A DNA stretch of 10,792 nucleotides, from contig NW_021827251.1 of assembly GCF_006345805.1 (NCBI RefSeq), positions 1-10,792 on the forward strand. The letters are read 5' to 3'. This DNA comes from Octopus sinensis (taxonomy: Eukaryota). Of the stretch, positions 9,120 to 10,792 are shown in pieces (position 1 is the stretch's first letter; the number at the start of each line of letters is the position of its first letter). The notes under the pieces were generated by a model, which was not told the origin of the DNA, searched no databases, and saw only the letters and a list, made by a program, of their open reading frames with translations. A program made the position numbers and the translations under genes.

Positions 9120-9152
9120 TATTACTATCTGGTTTGACTTCATTTTTACAAT

Positions 9153-9245
9153 TGTGTGTGTGAGTGTGTGCGTGCACGAGTGCGTGCGTGTGTACGTTCA
9201 TGAGTGTGTGCGTGCGCGCGTGCAAGCGTGAGTGCGTGCGTGTGT
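9153..9245. repeat. Degenerate (TG)/(TGCG)n microsatellite
   Basis: Directly visible. Confidence 0.85.
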
Positions 9246-9323
9246 ACGATGAATTAAAACACAAAGAATATACAAGTTTACATTGAAAGCGAAATCTGCT
9301 TAATTTGTGGGTAAAGTGCCTTT

Positions 9324-9926
9324 CTAAATCTTTTGCAGGTATTTATCCTTGTGATGGTATTTCATGAACAGTTCTGATCTGCTATTTAGCTTATTCAGGG
9401 AATTATGAATGTTATTTCATTCGGATATTATTCAATATGTGTCATTTCACAGCTCTACATGAATTACATCTCCAGGCCCCATTGATCTATGGTCAGCTTC
9501 TCTCAACTGATTTTCTACTCGATATCAAAACTATTATTAAGAGCTTTTAAATCTCAGATGTATTTCGATAAAGTGGTATTCTTTCTTCTGTATGAATGAA
9601 AGATGATCTATGGTTGAGTTAACGTTGTTTAAACTTATCTTCTATCATATCAATGTAGTTTTTAAACTGCGGTATAGCTCAGTTTACATCCACATTGCAT
9701 GATTGATTGAGTGGGTAGACATTGGTGTTGCTCTATGTGCAGTTATTCCCTTTTAATATTATTGGTTTATGTGTTATAATATATTTCATGTTGGGAGTAC
9801 AGCTGTAATTCATTTTTAGACTGTTTCTGATGAATAGTTTTCTGAAGCAGTAGTTAATAGAGATATGATTTTCTGTTCAGGTTCGGGAACTTTTAGCTAT
9901 AATTGACTTAACGTTGAGGAAAAAGG
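9324..9926 (-). pseudogene. Penelope-like retroelement ORF relic: RT C-terminus, Cys linker and GIY-YIG endonuclease
   Basis: Minus strand with stops and frameshifts: PF/LNVKSIIAK/FPNL..CFRKLFIRNSLKMNYSCTPNMKYII (KxSYSCMPN motif)..YPLNQSC..NYIDMIEDKFKQR*LNHRSSF (YIG..FKxR..NH..SF)/RRKNTTLSKYI*DLK..NGAWRCNSCRAVK*HIL/NKLNSRSELFMKYHHKDKYL. The GIY strand appears deleted. Confidence 0.92.
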
Positions 9927-10011
9927 AAGAAGCGTTTCACTGGATAACATCAACAATTGCGTGAATTAGCAAAATATAATATGAGAATTCTTAACTTAAA
10001 GCCGCATTGCT

Positions 10012-10024
10012 AATACATACACAG

Positions 10025-10116
<92 letters not shown>

Positions 10117-10225
10117 GGTAGATAGATACAGATATATAGACTCATATATTTACATGTATAAATACATATGCAAATATATATGTAAACATTTACATATAAA
10201 TACACACACATATATATATATATTA
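10012..10225. repeat. (CA)n-(TA)n-(GA)n compound microsatellite with a TA-rich tail
   Basis: Directly visible. Confidence 0.95.
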
Positions 10226-10424
10226 TAGGGGAGCATGTATGTATGTGTATGTGTTTGTTTAATATTTTTTAATGAATCTGTATTTGATTGAACGTGTGAG
10301 TGTATATGTGTGTTTATATATCGACTGGGTGTATGTGAGCGTATGTATGTTTCAATGCGTATAGCTGTGTGTGTATGCATGTACGTGTACAATATTAGGT
10401 ATCTAAAGATGCTGTCAGTGTGTG

Positions 10425-10464
10425 CGCCGCCGGCGGAGGCAGCAGCATGAGAGCTAGCAACAGG

Positions 10465-10504
<40 letters not shown>

Positions 10505-10524
10505 GCGGCAGCAGTAGCAGCAGC

Positions 10525-10584
<60 letters not shown>

Positions 10585-10728
10585 GGTGGTGGTGGTGGTG
10601 GTAGTAGTAGTAGTAGTTGTAGTATAGTAGTAGTAGTAGGTGGTTGTGGTGGTGGTGGTGGTGGTGGTGGTGTGGTGGTGGTGGTGGTGGTGGTGGTGTG
10701 GTGGTGGTGGTGGTATTAGTAGTAGTAG
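10425..10728 (+). repeat. (GCA)n-(GTA)n-(GTG)n compound trinucleotide microsatellite
   Basis: Directly visible. Confidence 0.96.
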
Positions 10729-10792
10729 TTTAGTTTTGAAAGTTTTGATAAAGTTGGTTAGGAATTGCCAGGAGAGAACAAACAAAACCGTT

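Larger units (their letters stand above)
8781..9142 (-). mobile_element. Probable Penelope-like pseudo-LTR with an inverted partial copy
   Basis: Two head-to-head hammerhead copies plus a hairpin-rich extension, just downstream of the PLE ORF relic at 9324-9926. Left boundary approximate. Confidence 0.65.
8927..9142. repeat. Diverged inverted duplication (arms 8927-9021 and 9036-9142)
   Basis: Manual alignment of the reverse complement of 8927-8998 against 9071-9142 gives 60/72 identities (10 of 12 differences are transitions). Inner ends ttcctcagtta/taactgaggaa match perfectly. Confidence 0.92.

Noticed and set aside
9828-9850. CTGATGA on + as a further hammerhead
   Set aside because: It is followed by GAAG with no valid stems II/III, and it is the antisense of PLE coding sequence (KLFIRN).
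1068-10785. The many ORFs rich in YI/IYLS/VC/HT/poly-T/poly-S, including the 209, 217 and 211 aa ORFs
   Set aside because: These are stop-free readings of microsatellites with no domain content.
1-10792. CRISPR array or prokaryotic operon
   Set aside because: There is no repeat-spacer periodicity and no gene-dense structure; the content is typical of an animal repeat-rich region.

Overview
Eukaryotic, AT-rich, non-genic DNA made mostly of microsatellites and decayed transposons. The SINE and the repeat style suggest an octopus/cephalopod genome (recalled similarity, not searched). No intact host gene is evident. The supplied ORFs are microsatellite read-throughs or off-frame/antisense readings of transposon relics. 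Supported content: two mariner transposase pseudogenes (1-957, 2378-2854), a tRNA-derived SINE (1689-1849), a probable LINE 3' tail (7911-8040, -) and two Penelope-like element (PLE) ORF relics on the minus strand (3043-3252, 9324-9926). The most notable feature is three type I hammerhead ribozyme motifs. One has an intact core at 2263-2305 (-), enclosed by a perfect 43-bp inverted repeat. The other two form a head-to-head pair at 8927-9142. Each site lies downstream of a PLE endonuclease relic, and in both an inversion junction sits a few bases 5' of the CUGANGA core.
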